NCBI GenBank assembly: GCA_030390025.1
Contig: CM059432.1
Span: forward strand, 58,530,001 to 58,594,000
DNA from: Squalus acanthias
Lineage: Eukaryota
DNA length: 64,000 nucleotides
Direction of reading: 5' to 3'
Positions within the stretch are counted from its first letter, which is position 1; each line of letters starts with the position of its first letter. The notes under the pieces were generated by a model. The model searched no databases. It saw only the letters and a list, made by a program, of their open reading frames with translations, and was not told the DNA's origin. The position numbers and the translations under genes were made by a program. Positions 60,216 through 64,000 of the stretch are shown one piece after another.

Positions 60216-60935
60216 TCTCACAGCTGACAAGCGCACAGGAGAAGCAAGTGCTTTGAGTCATTTTAATGATAAGGTGTTCTATAAATGCAAGTATGTCAAA
60301 TATTTATACTTTTTATTTCTTTCCCTTTACTTTCCTACTGTTTTGTTTACCGTGTTATTCTTGCACAGCCAAAGCAGAAACAAAGATCTAAAACTTGTTG
60401 AAATATCAAAGGCTAAAAACTTTGGTTTTCTACTTAAGGTTTATTGACTTCCCAGTTGAAATACTAGCTAATATTAAATTCAGCCATTGAGTTATATGAT
60501 CACAAGCATGACAAAGCACCGAAAATGTCAATGGCTACAGGCTAGCTCTTGTCTTCCCAGATCTCAAACCTGCATTTGATGAGTGCAGTTAACTCAAACT
60601 AATGGAATTGCAAAAATGGATTTGTCTGGTTGATTGCAAGATTCTGTGCTTCCAGTGGGAAGCCGTACTCAACGGGAGCATAGACCAGAAATAGGGCTAC
60701 CACACTATCACCCAATTCTCCAGCCTGCGCTCCTGTCTCGCAAGGCTCCCAGCAGGCAACATAGGGTCACAGATTGACCCCTATCTCTACTTAGTTTGTA
60801 TACTTTTTAATCCCTATATATTTTTTGTTCGTTCTTCTAAAAAGCCTTACATTCCAATTTGATCTTGTTGACCCAGTAAGCTGACAGGAAGCAAGTTTGT
60901 AGCAGGACTAAAAGGATGGTATTAGACAATATGAA

Positions 60936-62079
60936 GGGCAGATTTCAGCCTCTATGCAACAGACAGAATTGAATGGAAAGCAAGCTGGTATTTGGAAGGT
61001 AATTAACCTACTTCGCCCATTGGAAGCTCCTATCAGAATGCAGGCCAGGCTCACCGCCAGCAGTGCAAAGGCAGCAGGCCTTGCTGGCTTCCTAACCGGT
61101 TCACCTGTTGCAGCAACCCCGGCGTGCATCCACTCAGGTTAAAATGTCAGCGGGGTCGCATGTATGTCATGGGACCTTGATTTGTATTTATTAATGAGGT
61201 CCCCACTGGAGTCTGGCGGGAGACTCAACCGTCGCCAAAACCAGAGGTGTTAAATTGGGGGATCAGTGGGAGCCGAGCCGTTCCATTTACCTGCTCCCCT
61301 GCTCCTTTCCTGCTGATTGGGGACAGTTAAAATTCCTTCTTTTATTTTCCACTCTATGGCCGCAATTTTGCGCCTGGAGGCGGGATGGTGGTGGGTCCAC
61401 TGTTCGGCGGATTCCGGACCCGCTCCCTGTTCCCGCCGCCCTGCAGTTGAAATTTTCCGTTGATTGGCCTCGTTAAGGCTGACGTGCGGGATCTCCAAGG
61501 CAATTACTGGGTGCGGGTCAGCTGCTCGCGTCTGATGAAGCGATGTTGGACTGATTATTTAAAGGGGCCATGTCCCCTCTGCAGATTCATTTCCGTTTTG
61601 TTCCCTGAAGTGCTGGCTGCTGCAGGTATGGCAGTGCCAAAACCCAAGGCTGCTCCCCGCTTCGATGAGGCTACAGTGGATCTATAGTGCACAACACATA
61701 CTTGCAGCTTAAACACAGAATATGCCCCCCAAATTATTCAATCAGCAACCTCACAGATTTCATAATGAGAAGATTTGAGAGTGCAGCTTTTACACTGCAG
61801 TTGCAGCTGTGAAGTCTCCAGCTCGCTGGTGTTCACGCCACACTTACCTGGCGTGTTGTTGGAACGTCGTGAAACCCGACCCAGAAGCTGGAAAATCCAA
61901 AAACCCTGTGAAAATAGCTCTAAACTACCACTTAATAAACAGTTAAGTGCCTTTAATCCCTTTCCCGCCGTTTGGTGTCAGGTCCATTTGCAAATCGGAG
62001 AACCGCCGTCAATCATTGCGAATTTAACCTCTGACCCACCTCCAATCCCACCCTCTTGAGCACCAGCAAAATTCCGGCC
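60936..62079. mobile_element. Degraded Harbinger-derived non-autonomous sequence(s)
   Basis: KPKAAPRFDE Myb start at ~61640; end AAAATTCCGGCC matching the B-type TIR. Confidence 0.55.
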
Positions 62080-62157
62080 TATGTATTCCTTTCTTTTCCC
62101 AAGCTTGCAGTTTCTTATCATTTCCTAAATTTCTCATGTCTGGTGGTTTCAGAGTGA

Positions 62158-62216
62158 TATAGAATGATAGAATGCTACAGCACAGAAGGTGGCCATTCGG
62201 CCCATCGTGCCTGTGC
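62158..62216 (-). mobile_element. CR1/SINE 3' tail fragment
   Basis: gatgggccgaatggccaccttctgtgctgtagcattctat (minus). Confidence 0.7.
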
Positions 62217-64000
62217 AAAAAACACCAGACAAAATCTGAACAGGACTTTACTGACTTCATAGAATGACTTCTTGCTCTGAACATCTCTTAGCATAGGGAT
62301 TGTGTTGCCGTGACAACAACTTTAGTTGTTGCAGGTTGGTTATCAATATCACAGTGATTGCCCCCTTCCCACCAAACTACATCCATATTTGAGAGCGCAA
62401 AGTGCTGAGCATATTTCCTCGATCTAGTAGCATTAGCTCTGCTACTTTAGGAGTCCAGTGATGTAACTATATCAGGAAAAGGAAAGGTAATCAAACAAAT
62501 GTGTACAGGGCAGAGGAGAGTTGTGGTTGTTGGAAATCCTCTATTAATATGCAAATCTCCAGGGTGTTTGGATGGTGACATGATTACAAACTACAGGCCT
62601 TGATGCAATGGTTTGTAGAAGAAATAGCTGAATATATAGTTATTTTTTAATGTCTTAATTTAACTTTACCGCTAACTGAGTCACATTTTCATCTTGTAAA
62701 AATGTAATACATTTTTTGTGGCCGATGTGTCCATTGGATCCTTTTCCTGGGTGCTGATTAAGTGCCCACCAATCACATTCTGCACAAAAGATCCATATTT
62801 CAATGAAAATGCTATTGATCAGTGAATGGGAGTTTTGACAGAAGCTCAAGCAATTGGAATGTAGCTGTGAGGTCCAGAGGGATGGGACTCACCAGATTCC
62901 ATTTTTCACAGTAATGCTGACGGCCCTAAGATGCCCCATCACTGACTCTGCCGAGCTTTCTGGTCTCCACCTTAATCTCAACTCTATGCTTCACTCTCTA
63001 CTTCAGTCTCGGGAATGTATCCATTCCTTGCCTCAATCTCATGTATGCCTCCATACCCGAGACATTGCTGCATCTGGAGTCATTCAATCGCACACTTGGT
63101 CCCAGACATTTCAGTTGCCAGTCAACACTAAACTGACCCCACTTCATCCCCACTCCACTCTCCATTCCCCTTTCAGCCTACACCTTACCTGAATGGCTCA
63201 TATCTCAGTCCCATGCACCATTCCCCACCCAACTGCCACATTCTTTTGCTCTGTGCTCTATTCCACACCAGACTATTCTGCTCCATGGTCTATGCCCTGA
63301 ATTTTTCACGAGTAATGTCACAATAGTTGCAACAAAATCACAAAAAAGATGCTCAATCCTCTGGCAAAATGATCCTCAGCGAGAATGGTTTTCTCAAAGA
63401 CAAGATTGTCATCAGTGGCCTTCTCTTTAAATTATTGAACAAAATACAGGAAGAAAAAGGAGAGAAACCTGCTTTTTAAACCAATCATTCAGTAAAATGA
63501 GGGAGTAATCAGATTATGGATCCTTATTAAAACTATCTAAAAAATGTTTCTGTTAAGAAAGGTGACACTATCCCACTGATGACAGTAAATGACCATTCAA
63601 GATTTCAAGTTTCCTTCAGTGATTTTCAATGTTTTCTCTCATTGTTTGTTTTCAGATTTGTTGTTTGCACTTTGGATCTTGTGCATTCTGAACCTTTTTT
63701 GTAACTTTAATCCTATATTAGTGCATTCTATATAAGTAAAGGTCACTTTCCATTACTTGCTGATCAGCTAACCAGAAAACGTGCTCAGTGGAATTTCCAG
63801 GGCTCAAGCTCAAATTTAGTCATGTGGCATAACATTCATATCAATAACTGGACAAAGATGAAAGCATCAAAAACAAATGTACACAGACCACATACTTGTT
63901 ACAAAATGTAACTAGGGTATACTCTTGTGCTTTTATTTAATAAAGCTTCTGGCATAGCTTTACAGAAACAGTAAAAAAAAAACATTGAAACATTGACAAG

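Noticed and set aside
60369..60438. Possible plus-strand exon QSRNKDLKLVEISKAKNFGFLLK
   Set aside because: Good polypyrimidine tract but weak donor (gtttat), no partner exon or homology
29253..64000. ODR4 coding exons expected opposite a native TPR
   Set aside because: No MGRTY-like or other ODR4-like peptide recognised

Overview
Vertebrate genomic DNA, almost entirely transposon-derived; the repeat inventory (CR1 LINEs with (TTTCTATG)n tails, RTE, L2, Penelope-like elements, many Harbinger/PIF elements) suggests a cartilaginous fish (inference). Main points: (1) The only recognisable host coding sequence is a TPR exon-1 homolog (28760-28913, minus) with a CpG-rich promoter. It lies inside a 1.55-kb hAT-like DNA transposon with TIRs and a perfect 6-bp TSD, i.e. 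an apparent Pack-type gene capture. (2) A young, near-intact autonomous Harbinger (47808-51915; intact DDE transposase plus 3-exon Myb/SANT gene) sits at the core of a five-level nested insertion stack. (3) A ~750-bp Harbinger MITE family keeps covarying hairpins, an E-box/CCAAT module, NRF1-like palindromes and repeated GTAAGT donor motifs. (4) Penelope elements carry minimal hammerhead ribozymes and inverted 5' arms. (5) An RTE is flanked by a ~575-bp direct duplication. (6) There is a 1.63-kb solo LTR-like element. No rRNA, tRNA or CRISPR found. All calls are by eye, with no database searches; boundaries of degraded elements are approximate.
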